This document shows, piece by piece, positions 1 to 12,559 of a DNA stretch of 64,000 bases. The notes below the pieces were generated by a model that ran no database searches, was not told the DNA's origin, and saw nothing but the letters and a program-made list of their open reading frames with translations. Positions within the stretch are counted from its first letter, which is position 1. Each line of letters starts with the position of its first letter. The DNA is from an uncultured Planctomycetia bacterium (lineage in GTDB: Bacteria > Omnitrophota > Gorgyraeia > Duberdicusellales > 4484-171): contig CAZHYN010000001.1 of NCBI GenBank assembly GCA_964536865.1, forward strand, positions 16,195 through 80,194. The letters run 5' to 3'. Made by a program: the position numbers and the translations under genes.

Positions 1-2409
1 ACGATCGTCTTCCCCTAAATTTATTATCTTAACTCCTTGGGTTATTCTTCCAGTTTCTCTTATACTCTCCACCTTCACTCTTATAAGCACCCCCTTTTGA
101 GTAATGCACATCACCTCATCATTTTGGCCCACCAATGTTCCTGCTATCACTTCACCAATTTTGGGAGTGAGTTTTATGTTTACTATCCCTTTGCCTGCTC
201 GTGACTGTGTTCGGTAAGCATCGATATGAGTCCTTTTGGCATAACCTCTTTCTGTAGCAGTAAGGATATAAAAGTTCTTTTTCTTTATCCCCCCATTTAA
301 AACCACCATTCCTACTACTCCATCTCCTTTGATTAATTTTACCCCTCTTACACCTGCAGATTTTCTTCCCGTAGGTCTTATCTCTCTAACTTTAAAACGA
401 ATAGCAAATCCCTTTCTAGTAATAAGCACTGCTTCTGAACCACTAGTAGCAACAGCTGCTCCTATTAATTTATCCTCTCCAGTTAAGTTTATAGCAAATA
501 TTCCACTTCTTCTTAAATTAGAAAATAGTGAGAGCTGGGTTCGTTTAATCAAACCTTTTTGAGTAGCCATAAAAATATATTCCTTCTCTCCGAATTCTTT
601 TATTGCCAAAATGGTAGTAATTTTCTCTTGAGAAGAAAGGCTTAAAAGATTCACAATAGCTCTTCCTCGTGACGTGCGTGAACCTAAAGGAAGCTGATAA
701 GTCTTAAGAGAGTAAACCTTTCCCTGGGTAGTGAAGATAAGAAGAGTGTCTTTGCTAGAAGAGACAAAAAGATGTTCTACGAAATCCTCCTCTCTAGGAG
801 TAATAGCAGTAATACCTCTGCCCCCTCTTGCCTGGCGTCGGTAAACACTAACCGGTTGCCTTTTTATATACCCAGACCCAGTAACAGTAATAACTACGTC
901 CTCCTCAATAATCAAATCTTCAACTTCGATCTCTTCCTTCTTAGCTAAAATCTCTGTGCGTCGAGGATCAGCGAATTTCTCTTTAATCTCCTTAAGTTCT
1001 TGTTTAATAATCTCTTCTTGTTTCTTCTCTGAAGACAGCACCAGATTATAATATTCTATTCTCTTAATTAACTCTAAATACTCCTGGTCTATCTTTTTCC
1101 TCTCTAAAGCACAGAGACGTTGCAGTTGCATTTCTAAAATACTTTGTGCTTGAGCAGGGGTAAGAGAAAACTTCTTTATCAATCCTTCCTTTGCTTCTTG
1201 AGGAGTTTTTGCCTTCTTTATAAGCTCTACTACTTTGTCCAAAAATTTTAATGCTATCTTCAGACCTTCTAAAATATGTGCTCTTCTCTTAGCCCTCTCT
1301 AATTCGAATCTGGTTCTGCGAGTAATAATTTCCTTTCTAAATCTTATATGGGAGGTAAGAATTTCTCTTAAGTTTAGAATCTGGGGTTTCCTGTTTAAAA
1401 GAGCCAGAAGAATTACCCCAAAGGTGACTTCTAAGTTGGTGTGTTTATAAAATTGATTTAAAATTACTTGAGGTTGGGCATCTCTTTTTAATTCTGCTAC
1501 AATACGAACTCCTTCCTTATCTGACTCATCTCTTAGGTCAGCAACTCCTTCGATTTTTTTTGAATTGATCAAGTGAGCCATCGACTCTATAAGAGCAGAC
1601 TTATTAATTTGGTAAGGAATCTCAGTAATTACAATATAAGAACGGTTGTTTTGATGCTCGATAGTAGCTCTTCCTCGCAAGGTTAGCTTACCCTTTCCTT
1701 CTCGATAAGCCTTTAAAACTTCCTCCTTGCCACAAATTATCCCTCCAGTAGGAAAATCTGGACCTTTTATAAAACGAGTTAGGTCTTTTACAGAAGCATC
1801 GGGATTGTCCAAAAGAAAAATTAAAGCGTCCACAACTTCACTTAAGTTATGAGGAGGGATATTGGTAGCCATTCCTACCGCTATCCCGCTTGCTCCATTA
1901 ATAAGAAGTTGAGGTACACTGGTAGGTAAAACTTCTGGTTCCTGAAGAGAGTTATCAAAATTAGGAAAAAAGTTTACCGTGTTCTTCTCTATATCAGAAA
2001 GAAGATAATCGGCGATAGGAGCCAATCTTGCTTCGGTATACCTCATCGCTGCAGGAGGATCTCCATCGATAGAACCGAAGTTCCCCTGAGCATCAATTAA
2101 AGGATACCTTAAGGAAAAATCTTGCCCCATCCTTACCAAGGCATCGTAAACCGCTACGTCTCCGTGAGGATGGTACTTACCTAAAGTTTCTCCCACGATT
2201 CTTGCGCTCTTTTTGTGGGGCTGGTTATAGCGGAGATTAAGCTGGCTCATAGTATAAAGGATTCGTCTCTGGACAGGCTTTAGGCCATCTCTTACATCAG
2301 GGAGAGCCCTACCTACAATTACGCTCATAGCATAAGAAAGGTAGGAATCTTTCATTTCCTCTTCCAAGTCTCTAAGAATAATCGTCTGCTTTAGAAACTC
2401 CTTGACCAT
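1..2409 (-). CDS. gyrA: DNA gyrase subunit A (5' part; C-terminus runs off window start)
   Basis: Reverse-strand translation from ATG at 2409 gives [52 protein letters not shown]..., the canonical GyrA N-terminus; lies immediately downstream of gyrB on the same strand. Confidence 0.9.
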   Translation of the reverse strand, partial: MVKEFLKQTIILRDLEEEMKDSYLSYAMSVIVGRALPDVRDGLKPVQRRILYTMSQLNLRYNQPHKKSARIVGETLGKYHPHGDVAVYDALVRMGQDFSLRYPLIDAQGNFGSIDGDPPAAMRYTEARLAPIADYLLSDIEKNTVNFFPNFDNSLQEPEVLPTSVPQLLINGASGIAVGMATNIPPHNLSEVVDALIFLLDNPDASVKDLTRFIKGPDFPTGGIICGKEEVLKAYREGKGKLTLRGRATIEHQNNRSYIVITEIPYQINKSALIESMAHLINSKKIEGVADLRDESDKEGVRIVAELKRDAQPQVILNQFYKHTNLEVTFGVILLALLNRKPQILNLREILTSHIRFRKEIITRRTRFELERAKRRAHILEGLKIALKFLDKVVELIKKAKTPQEAKEGLIKKFSLTPAQAQSILEMQLQRLCALERKKIDQEYLELIKRIEYYNLVLSSEKKQEEIIKQELKEIKEKFADPRRTEILAKKEEIEVEDLIIEEDVVITVTGSGYIKRQPVSVYRRQARGGRGITAITPREEDFVEHLFVSSSKDTLLIFTTQGKVYSLKTYQLPLGSRTSRGRAIVNLLSLSSQEKITTILAIKEFGEKEYIFMATQKGLIKRTQLSLFSNLRRSGIFAINLTGEDKLIGAAVATSGSEAVLITRKGFAIRFKVREIRPTGRKSAGVRGVKLIKGDGVVGMVVLNGGIKKKNFYILTATERGYAKRTHIDAYRTQSRAGKGIVNIKLTPKIGEVIAGTLVGQNDEVMCITQKGVLIRVKVESIRETGRITQGVKIINLGEDDR

Positions 2410-2415
2410 CTCTTT

Positions 2416-5044
<2,629 letters not shown>

Positions 5045-5045
5045 A

Positions 5046-6143
5046 CTATAGTCTCATAGGTAAGACTAAATATATATAATCTTCTAATCTTAAGACCGCT
5101 GGTTTATCTGGACCATAGATTTCAAAACTAATTTCTTCTTCTTCTAAGTTAGTGAGAACGTCTATTAAATAAGAAGGATTAAATCCTATCTGTAAGGAGG
5201 TTCCTTTAAAGTTAGCAGGTATTGATTCTTTAACTTCTCCTAATTGAGGAGTAGTTTTAAAAAGAAAGACCTCCTCTTTTTTTAACTCTAATTTTACTCC
5301 GGGATAATCACTGGTGGATAAAAGCTCTGCTCTTTTTAAAGCCGATAAAAAATCTCTTCTTTTAATAGTGAGTTTAACTTCTGTGGGTTGAGGAATATAT
5401 TGAGAGTAATTAGGAAATTCACCTTCTATAGGTCTGGTAATAAAAAGTGTATGTTTTAAATCAAACCCTATATTATTTTTCTCTATAAAAATAAATAATT
5501 CCTCCGAATCTCTTATTATCTTAACTAATTCTTGAATGGATCTTATAGGAAGAATAAAATTAAGCTTTGTTGTTAAGTTAGATTGAGGAGAAGGTAGTTT
5601 TCTTTTAATAAAAGATAATCTCTTCCCATCTGTAGCAACTAATTTTAATTGGTCTTCATAAATTTCAAAAAATATCCCATTTAATACATAGTTAACATCC
5701 TCCATTCCTACACAAAATGAAGTTAATTTAATCATTTCTATTAAATCTTGAGAGATAATTTTTATTAAAGTTTTCTCTTTAACTTCCTCTATTCGAGGAA
5801 ATTCTTGAGGATCCATTCCATTTATTTTAAACTCAATTTTTCCACATCTTATTAAAAGATTGTTCTTATAAGACTCCAAGATAATTTTCTCTTTAGGTAG
5901 TTCTCTTATTATAGAGAGAAATTTTTTAGTAGGTATTGCAACTTTTCCTTCTCTTTCGATTTCTTTTGTTGGAGTATAAGTAGTTATAGTGATGTTTAAA
6001 TCTGTAGTAGTAAGTTTTATCTTATCTTTAAAAGCCTCTATTAGTATACAATTTAAAATAGGGAAGTTTTGTTTAGTAATAGAAAGAGTTGCTACTTTTT
6101 GAAGAGTTGATAATAAAATATTTTGTTCTATAACAAATCTCAC
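5046..6143 (-). CDS. dnaN: DNA polymerase III beta sliding clamp
   Basis: 365-aa ORF, typical clamp length and N-terminus, directly downstream of dnaA. Confidence 0.9.
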   Translation of the reverse strand: MRFVIEQNILLSTLQKVATLSITKQNFPILNCILIEAFKDKIKLTTTDLNITITTYTPTKEIEREGKVAIPTKKFLSIIRELPKEKIILESYKNNLLIRCGKIEFKINGMDPQEFPRIEEVKEKTLIKIISQDLIEMIKLTSFCVGMEDVNYVLNGIFFEIYEDQLKLVATDGKRLSFIKRKLPSPQSNLTTKLNFILPIRSIQELVKIIRDSEELFIFIEKNNIGFDLKHTLFITRPIEGEFPNYSQYIPQPTEVKLTIKRRDFLSALKRAELLSTSDYPGVKLELKKEEVFLFKTTPQLGEVKESIPANFKGTSLQIGFNPSYLIDVLTNLEEEEISFEIYGPDKPAVLRLEDYIYLVLPMRL

Positions 6144-6185
6144 TTTTAGTTATATCTAATTAATTTTAGAAATAGTAATAGTAAA

Positions 6186-6255
6186 GCCTGTGAATAAATT
6201 CAATTAATTGTATTTTACCAAAAAATAAAAAAAAATAAAATATCCTTATCCACAT
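6186..6255. promoter_or_regulatory. DnaA boxes and AT-rich stretch in the dnaA-dnaN intergenic region (candidate oriC/DUE)
   Basis: TGTGAATAA at 6189-6197 (reverse complement TTATTCACA), perfect consensus TTATCCACA at 6246-6254, and a 27-nt A/T-only run at 6217-6243. Confidence 0.55.
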
Positions 6256-7584
6256 TCAACTTTTAATTAATTGTGTTAAAGTGTTGATAATATTTTTTAC
6301 TTTTTCATCTTTTTTTATTAAGTCTTTTATTTTTCGATAAGCATAAAGAATGGTGGTGTGGTGTTTTGCTCCCCAAAAACTACCAATTTCTGGAAGAGAA
6401 AGTTCAGTTAGTTCTCTTATAAGATACATACCAATTTGTCTAGGTAAGACAATATTTTTATTTCGTCTGCTTTTTTTAATCTCCTGGGGAGAAAGATTAA
6501 AGTAATTAGCTACTTTTCCTAAAATAACTTCTGGGGTAATTCTTCGATAAATTTCTTTTACCATATCTCTTAAAATTTCCTTAGCTAAAACTAATGTAAT
6601 AGGCTTATTTTCTATTAAAGAGTAAGCAATAATCCTAATTAATGCTCCTTCCATTTCTCTGATATTAGTAGTAATATTCTCAGCAATAAAGTTAATTACT
6701 TCTTCTTCTATTTTAACTGGTTCCTTCTCTACTTTCTTCTTGAGAATAGCTATTCTTGTTTCTAAATCAGGGGGTTGAATATCTACAATTAATCCCCAAC
6801 TAAATCGAGATACCAATCTATCTTCTAATTTAGGAATTTCCTTAGGGGGTTTATCTGAAGAGATAATTATCTGTTTATGATAGTCATATAGCTCATTAAA
6901 AGTATGAAAAAACTCCTCTTGGACCGCCTCTTTTCCTGAAAGAAAATGAATATCATCGATAAGAAGTACATCTATACCTCGGTATTTCTGGCGAAAACGA
7001 GGAGTAGTTCTATTTTGAATAGAAAGAATAAGTTCGTTAGTAAATCTTTCTGAAGAAATATATTTTACCTTGATTTGAGGTGTTTTTTCAAGAATGTAAT
7101 GAGCAATAGCTTGCATAAGGTGGGTTTTCCCCAACCCTACTCCTCCATAAATAAATAGGGGGTTGTAAGATTTCCCTGGGGCGTTAGCTACCGCTAAGCT
7201 AGCAGCGTAAGCCATACGATTACAAGCTCCTACTATGAAATTATTGAATGTAAATCGAGGATTAAGCCGAAGAGAATCTTGTGGTTCTTCTTTAAAACTA
7301 TCGTGGATACGGCGGAAGATTCTATTTGTTCTTTTCTTTAGAAGGTTGGGGTTAACTTCAAAGTTTATCTGAAAATCTTTATGGGCAATGTCTCTTAAAC
7401 ATTGTTTAATTTGTAAAAGGTAATTTGTTTCCACCCATTGTTTAAAGAAATTGTCGGGAACCTCTAGAATTATTCTATCTTCAGAGAGGGTTTTTAACTT
7501 TAGAGGAGCGATCCAGGTATCAAAGGAAATCTTTCCTAAAATTTTTTTAAGCGCCTCTAGGCATTTATCCCAAAGTTTTTCCAT
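6256..7584 (-). CDS. dnaA: Chromosomal replication initiator DnaA
   Basis: 442-aa ORF with AAA+ Walker A GGVGLGKTHL and C-terminal DNA-binding domain. Confidence 0.95.
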   Translation of the reverse strand: MEKLWDKCLEALKKILGKISFDTWIAPLKLKTLSEDRIILEVPDNFFKQWVETNYLLQIKQCLRDIAHKDFQINFEVNPNLLKKRTNRIFRRIHDSFKEEPQDSLRLNPRFTFNNFIVGACNRMAYAASLAVANAPGKSYNPLFIYGGVGLGKTHLMQAIAHYILEKTPQIKVKYISSERFTNELILSIQNRTTPRFRQKYRGIDVLLIDDIHFLSGKEAVQEEFFHTFNELYDYHKQIIISSDKPPKEIPKLEDRLVSRFSWGLIVDIQPPDLETRIAILKKKVEKEPVKIEEEVINFIAENITTNIREMEGALIRIIAYSLIENKPITLVLAKEILRDMVKEIYRRITPEVILGKVANYFNLSPQEIKKSRRNKNIVLPRQIGMYLIRELTELSLPEIGSFWGAKHHTTILYAYRKIKDLIKKDEKVKNIINTLTQLIKS

Positions 7585-7590
7585 TACTTT

Positions 7591-7620
7591 TTAATTCACA
7601 AAATTCACAGGTTATTCACA
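7591..7620. promoter_or_regulatory. Three tandem DnaA-box-like 9-mers upstream of dnaA
   Basis: TTAATTCACA / AAATTCACA / TTATTCACA at 7591-7620, each 1-2 mismatches from TTATCCACA, directly upstream of the dnaA start codon. Confidence 0.55.
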
Positions 7621-7731
7621 GAGTGATATGGTATAGAGAATTAAAATAATTATACTCTCCTTTTTTCTCTTTGCAATATTTATTTTTTTGTATTTGACAG
7701 AACAAAAAAAATTATGTAAAATTAAGCCCCT

Positions 7732-7869
7732 ATGAAGAAGCGGTTAACTACCCCTACTAAACTGAAAGGAAAGCGAAAACACGGTTTTCGTAAAAGGATG
7801 GCCACTCATTCAGGGAGAGTGATTCTCCAAAGAAGAAGAAAGAAAGGGAGGAAAAAACTCACAGTATGA
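7732..7869 (+). CDS. rpmH: 50S ribosomal protein L34
   Basis: 45-aa [48 protein letters not shown]; absent from the ORF track (below its size cutoff); its TGA stop overlaps the yidD ATG (ATGA). Confidence 0.9.
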   Translation: MKKRLTTPTKLKGKRKHGFRKRMATHSGRVILQRRRKKGRKKLTV

Positions 7870-8072
7870 AGAATATTTTTTTAACAATAATTGACTTTTA
7901 CGATTGCGCAAAATGGTTCTTTCCTACCTGTTGTAAATTTACTCCTTCTTGTTCTCAGTATGCCCGAGAGGCTTTTAGAAAATACCCTTTACCTAAGGCA
8001 TTAAAAGCAGTCTTCCTAAGAATCCTTAAATGCCATCCTTTTTCTCCGGGAGGGGTTGATTACTTAGAATAA
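7866..8072 (+). CDS. yidD: Membrane protein insertion efficiency factor YidD
   Basis: 68 aa with the C-K-F-x-P-S-C-S-x-Y motif; sits between rpmH and yidC. Confidence 0.85.
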   Translation: MKNIFLTIIDFYDCAKWFFPTCCKFTPSCSQYAREAFRKYPLPKALKAVFLRILKCHPFSPGGVDYLE

Positions 8073-9497
8073 ATGGAAAGACGTTTAATTGCTTTTATAG
8101 TAATTACTCTCCTCTTCTTCATCTTTTATGCTCATCTTACTAGTAAATATCTTCCCAAGAGTCCTCCTCGCTCGGTAGAGGTCAAAAAGGAAGAGCCCTC
8201 AAAAGAAGAAACAGCTCTCTTAAAAGAGGAACAGTTAGAAGAGGTATCTACAGAAGAATTTATCATAACATTCTCATTAACAGGAGGTTATATAAAAAAA
8301 ATCTTTGTTAAAAAGTATCAAGAGGAGCTCCTTTTCAAAGATATAGGATTGGTTTTTACCCATCGTACTCTTCCTTTTCAACTTACCCGGGAAAAAGAAA
8401 AGATAGTTCTTTTTAATCATGGAAAGAACATAAAAAAAGAATTTCTCTTTAAAGGGTATACGCTAACCTTAAGAGTAAAGGGAGAAGAAGAGGCAGAATT
8501 AGTTCTTTTTCATAACCCTTTGAATAATAATAGATTAGAGCAAAGATACCAAGAATTCTTCTATCAAAACACTTCTTCTACTCTTAAGCGTTTTCCTCAG
8601 AAGAGAGCTCCTTCTAAGGGATTTACTTCTTCTCTTTTTGGGGTAAGAGATAGGTATTTTTGTCTAGTCTATTTTTCAGAGAAAAATTCCCTAAAGCTCT
8701 CTCGACTAAAAGATAACTCTCTCCTCTGCCAGGTGTCTATAAAGGATTCCTTCTCTATCCAAGCATTCTTAGGGCCTCAACTCTTGGGAGAATTAAGTAA
8801 ATATCATTTAGAAGAGATAGTGAATTACGGGTTCTTCCATCCTATAGGGAAAATCTTAGTAAAGCTTCTTTCCCTCTTCGCCTTATGGACGAAAAATTGG
8901 GGAGTAAGTATTATTCTTCTCTCTACCATAATCTACATAGCTCTATTTCCTTTTACTTTTCGCAGTACCCAAGCGATGCGGAAGATGCAAGCACTTCAAC
9001 CTAAAATAGAGGAACTCAAGAACAAGTATAGAGATAATCCCCAGAAGTTGAATAAGGAGATCTTAGAGCTTTATCGCACTCATCAAGTAAATCCGTTAGG
9101 AGGATGTTTGCCTATCTTTTTTCAATTACCAGTATTCATTGCTCTTTATCAAGTGCTCTTGCGAGTGGTAGAACTCAAAGGGGCAAAATTCTTGTGGATA
9201 AAAGATCTTTCTCTTCCTGATAGAGCGATTTCTCTTCCTTTCTCTCTCCCTTTCCTAGGGAAATATATAAACTTTCTTCCCATTCTTATCGTAGTTATAG
9301 GCCTTCTTCAACAGAAGATTGTGTCGCAAGATTCACTTCAAGCTCAACAACAAAAGTCTATGGGACTATTTTTTGCAGTATTTATTGGAGTAATCTTTTA
9401 TAACTTCCCTTCAGCATTAGTGTTGTATTGGTTAATCCAGAATCTTCTTACTTTTCTCTATCAGTGGAGGATTTCCCCTAAACAAGCTTCTTCTTAG
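8073..9497 (+). CDS. yidC: Membrane protein insertase YidC
   Basis: 474 aa with N-terminal TM, periplasmic domain and C-terminal 5-TM Oxa1/YidC core (the C-terminal half of the ORF is hydrophobic); rpmH/yidD synteny. Confidence 0.9.
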   Translation: MERRLIAFIVITLLFFIFYAHLTSKYLPKSPPRSVEVKKEEPSKEETALLKEEQLEEVSTEEFIITFSLTGGYIKKIFVKKYQEELLFKDIGLVFTHRTLPFQLTREKEKIVLFNHGKNIKKEFLFKGYTLTLRVKGEEEAELVLFHNPLNNNRLEQRYQEFFYQNTSSTLKRFPQKRAPSKGFTSSLFGVRDRYFCLVYFSEKNSLKLSRLKDNSLLCQVSIKDSFSIQAFLGPQLLGELSKYHLEEIVNYGFFHPIGKILVKLLSLFALWTKNWGVSIILLSTIIYIALFPFTFRSTQAMRKMQALQPKIEELKNKYRDNPQKLNKEILELYRTHQVNPLGGCLPIFFQLPVFIALYQVLLRVVELKGAKFLWIKDLSLPDRAISLPFSLPFLGKYINFLPILIVVIGLLQQKIVSQDSLQAQQQKSMGLFFAVFIGVIFYNFPSALVLYWLIQNLLTFLYQWRISPKQASS

Positions 9498-9507
9498 AGT
9501 CTTTTTC

Positions 9508-9536
9508 TTGACAATTTCTCCAATCTCTTATAAAAT
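9508..9536 (+). promoter_or_regulatory. Sigma70-type promoter upstream of parAB
   Basis: TTGACA (9508-9513), 17-nt spacer, TAAAAT (9531-9536). Confidence 0.5.
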
Positions 9537-9560
9537 TAAAAACCAGAAGATTACTTACAG

Positions 9561-9586
9561 AAAAAGTTTCCACGTGGAAACTTTTT
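9561..9586. promoter_or_regulatory. Perfect 26-bp palindrome with a parS-like core, upstream of parA
   Basis: AAAAAGTTTCCACGTGGAAACTTTTT; the core GTTTCCACGTGGAAAC resembles the parS consensus tGTTTCACGTGAAACa with one extra base pair per half-site. Confidence 0.55.
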
Positions 9587-9641
9587 CGTCAGAGGCGAAT
9601 CTCTGATAAGGAACTATAAGATTTATAAACACTTTTCTTCA

Positions 9642-10445
9642 ATGAGCAAGATAATAGGTATCTGTAATCAGAAGGGAGGAACAGGGAAAACTACTACTGC
9701 GGTAAATTTAACTACCTTTCTAGCTTTAGTAGGAGAAAGGACTCTTCTCGTAGATGTGGATCCTCAAGGGAACGCTACTAGTGGTCTAGGAAGAGAAGTC
9801 TCCTCAGAAACTCCCTCCATCTATCAAGGACTGATAGGAGAAAAGTCTGGGCAAGAACTCATTGTCCCCACCTCTTGGGAGAATCTCTTTCTTATTCCTT
9901 CTTCTCTTTCTCTTACAGGAGCAGAGATAGAGCTTGTCTCTTTGGAGGAGAGAGAGAGTAGATTAAGACAGCTGTTAGAGATAATGCGGGATAATTTTGA
10001 TTATATTATTCTCGACGCTCCCCCTTCTTTAGGTCTTCTTACTATAAATGTGTTGGTAGCAGCAGATACCCTTATTATTCCTATTCAGTGTGAATATTAT
10101 GCTTTAGAGGGAGTTTCCAAACTTTTAAGCACTATTGAGTTGGTAAAAGAGAGACTAAATCCTCATTTGGAGATCGAAGGAATCCTTCTTACTATGGCAG
10201 ATTTCAGGACTCGTCTTACCCTTCAAGTGATAGAAGAAGTAAAAAGATTTTTTAAGGAAAGAGTGTTCACCACTATTATTCCTCGCAATGTAAAATTAGC
10301 AGAAGCTCCTAGTTTTGGTAAACCTATTCTTTTCTATGATCCCTCCTGCGTAGGAACAAAAGCTTATCTTAATTTAACCCAAGAGATTTTAAAGAAAAAG
10401 ATAAATCTCGATCTCTATGGTTCTCTATTAAAGGAAGGAGGCTGA
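9642..10445 (+). CDS. parA: Chromosome partitioning ATPase ParA/Soj
   Basis: Deviant Walker A KGGTGKTTTAVNL; 267 aa. Confidence 0.9.
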   Translation: MSKIIGICNQKGGTGKTTTAVNLTTFLALVGERTLLVDVDPQGNATSGLGREVSSETPSIYQGLIGEKSGQELIVPTSWENLFLIPSSLSLTGAEIELVSLEERESRLRQLLEIMRDNFDYIILDAPPSLGLLTINVLVAADTLIIPIQCEYYALEGVSKLLSTIELVKERLNPHLEIEGILLTMADFRTRLTLQVIEEVKRFFKERVFTTIIPRNVKLAEAPSFGKPILFYDPSCVGTKAYLNLTQEILKKKINLDLYGSLLKEGG

Positions 10446-10449
10446 TTTT

Positions 10450-11280
10450 ATGGAAAGGAAAGTATTAGGGAAAGGATTAGAGGCATTGATTCCTAAAAGA
10501 AAAGAAGAAAAGGAAAAAACGCTTCTTTATCTCTCTGTAGAGAAAATAGAACCTTCTCCTTTTCAACCTCGTCAAGAGATGGATGCCCAAGAATTAGAGG
10601 AGCTGAAAGCTTCTATCAGAGAGAAAGGGGTAATTCAACCTATTATAGTAAGAAAGGTGAGAGAAAGATTTGAAGTCGTTGCAGGAAGTCGCAGAGTTCA
10701 AGCTGCTAAGTCTTTGGGAATCAAAGAATTACCAGCAGTAGTTCGAGAGATAAGTGATAAAGAGTCTTTGGTTTTAGCTTTGATAGAAAATTTACAAAGA
10801 AAGAATCTCAATCCTATTGAGGAAGCATTAGCTTTTAAGAGATTAAACGAGGAATTTGCCCTCACCTATGAAGAGATAGCTAGACTCATAGGGAAAGATA
10901 AAGCCTCTATTTCTAACACTATCCGCCTTCTTAAACTCCCCCAGGAGATTCAGGAAGCCCTTAAGAAGAGTATAATTACCTTTACTCAAGCAAGGGCCCT
11001 TTTAGGATTGGAGAGAGAAGAGGAGCAGAAGGCCCTTTTTTACAGAATCATTAAAGAGAGACTTTCAGTAAGGGAGATAGAAGAAAGGGTAAGGAGACAC
11101 TTCCCTAAGAAACCGAAGAAGAAAGTTGAAGATCCTTTTGTGGAGGAAGTAGAGGAGAGATTGAGGAAGAGTTTAGGGACAAAAGTAAAAGTGTTGCATA
11201 AAAGAAACAATCAAGGTAAAATTATCATCCAGTATTACAACTTAACGGATTTACAGAGAATAGTAGAGAAGTTATCATGA
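10450..11280 (+). CDS. parB: Chromosome partitioning protein ParB/Spo0J
   Basis: 276 aa with ParB N-terminal box (GSRRVQAAK) and HTH; follows parA. Confidence 0.9.
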   Translation: MERKVLGKGLEALIPKRKEEKEKTLLYLSVEKIEPSPFQPRQEMDAQELEELKASIREKGVIQPIIVRKVRERFEVVAGSRRVQAAKSLGIKELPAVVREISDKESLVLALIENLQRKNLNPIEEALAFKRLNEEFALTYEEIARLIGKDKASISNTIRLLKLPQEIQEALKKSIITFTQARALLGLEREEEQKALFYRIIKERLSVREIEERVRRHFPKKPKKKVEDPFVEEVEERLRKSLGTKVKVLHKRNNQGKIIIQYYNLTDLQRIVEKLS

Positions 11281-11783
11281 AAGAACAGGCTACTTTGGTG
11301 ATCATTAAGCCCGATGGTTTAAAAAAATCTCTTACAGGGAATATTCTTACTCGCCTTTCTGAGACAAAGTTGAAGATAATTGGAGCAAAGATGGTCAAAG
11401 TTTCTGAGGAGTTAGCCGCCAAACATTATACCCATCTCAGAGAAAAACCTTTCTACCCGGAACTTATTAAATACATTACTGGACAACTCCATAGAGATAA
11501 TCGAGTGATGGCTCTGGTTTACTGGGGTAAAGATGCTATTGCAAAGGTAAGAAAAATAGCTGGAGCGACCAATCCTGAAGAAGCAGAGCCTACCTCTATT
11601 AGAGGAGCTTATGGGAGAATTTTAACTAGTGGGCTTTATGAAAACGTAGTCCACGCTTCTAGTAATGAGGAAGAAGCAGAGCGAGAGATAAAGCTTTGGT
11701 TTGAACCCGATGAGATTGTTTATCCTTTATACCCCACTAGAGAAGTTACTCTGGGCAAAGTGAAAAAGAAGGTGTGGGAATGA
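11277..11783 (+). CDS. ndk: Nucleoside diphosphate kinase
   Basis: NDK fold motifs (LVIIKPDG, active-site His region NVVHASS) with a C-terminal extension. Confidence 0.85.
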   Translation: MKEQATLVIIKPDGLKKSLTGNILTRLSETKLKIIGAKMVKVSEELAAKHYTHLREKPFYPELIKYITGQLHRDNRVMALVYWGKDAIAKVRKIAGATNPEEAEPTSIRGAYGRILTSGLYENVVHASSNEEEAEREIKLWFEPDEIVYPLYPTREVTLGKVKKKVWE

Positions 11784-12559
11784 GAGCAATGACGGGTTAC
11801 GCTCAAGTAAGGAAGAAAAAGAAAGAAGAGGAAGTAGATGTTATTATTAAGTCCTTGAATGCTAAGTACTTAGATATAGAATTTTTCCATCTTCCTCCTC
11901 AGAAGATAGGTCTAGAGGCAAAATTAAGAAAATTGATTGAAAAGAAAGTTTTTAGAGGGAGAGTGAAGATATACTTCTTTTTTAAATTTTTCCCTAGAGA
12001 AAAAGCAGTTTTTAATTTACCCCTTTTTTATGATTATTACCGTCAGTTAAATAGAATAGCAGCTCTTCTCAAGATAGATAATAAGTTGAGTATAAAAGAT
12101 CTTTTATCTCTTCCGGAACTGGTAAAGGTGGAACCTTTTTCTAAGGGAACAGATAATTTAATTATAGAAGGGGTTAGAGAGGGATTAACTCGGTTGATAG
12201 AGTTTCGGGAGAAAGAGGGCAAAAGTATAAAAAGAGAAATTTTAACTCACTTAAAACATTTAAAAGAAATTATAGGAAAAGTGAGGAAGGTAAAACCTAA
12301 AGTTAAAGAGGAATTAGGTAAGGAAGATATTGAGGAAGAGATAGCTCTCATTGTTTTCTATTTAAGAAGAATGAGAGAATTGGTAAATAAAAAAAATAAT
12401 TTTCCTAAAGGGAAAAAAATAGATTTTCTTGCTCAAGAGATTTTGAGAGAACTGAATACTTGTATGAGTAAGACAAAAAAGGTGAAAGTAGCATCGTTAA
12501 TCGTAAAAGGAAAAACTTATGCTGAACGGATAAGGGAGCAGGCTCAGAATATAGAATGA
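11774..12559 (+). CDS. YicC-family stress-induced protein
   Basis: N-terminal MTGYAQ motif as in YicC; the conserved yicC-gmk-rpoZ arrangement. Confidence 0.7.
   Translation: MGMRAMTGYAQVRKKKKEEEVDVIIKSLNAKYLDIEFFHLPPQKIGLEAKLRKLIEKKVFRGRVKIYFFFKFFPREKAVFNLPLFYDYYRQLNRIAALLKIDNKLSIKDLLSLPELVKVEPFSKGTDNLIIEGVREGLTRLIEFREKEGKSIKREILTHLKHLKEIIGKVRKVKPKVKEELGKEDIEEEIALIVFYLRRMRELVNKKNNFPKGKKIDFLAQEILRELNTCMSKTKKVKVASLIVKGKTYAERIREQAQNIE

Noticed and set aside
329-1450. Plus-strand ORFs 329-562 and 1235-1450
   Set aside because: They lie antisense inside the well-supported gyrA coding region. They are low-complexity, have no SD and are out of context.
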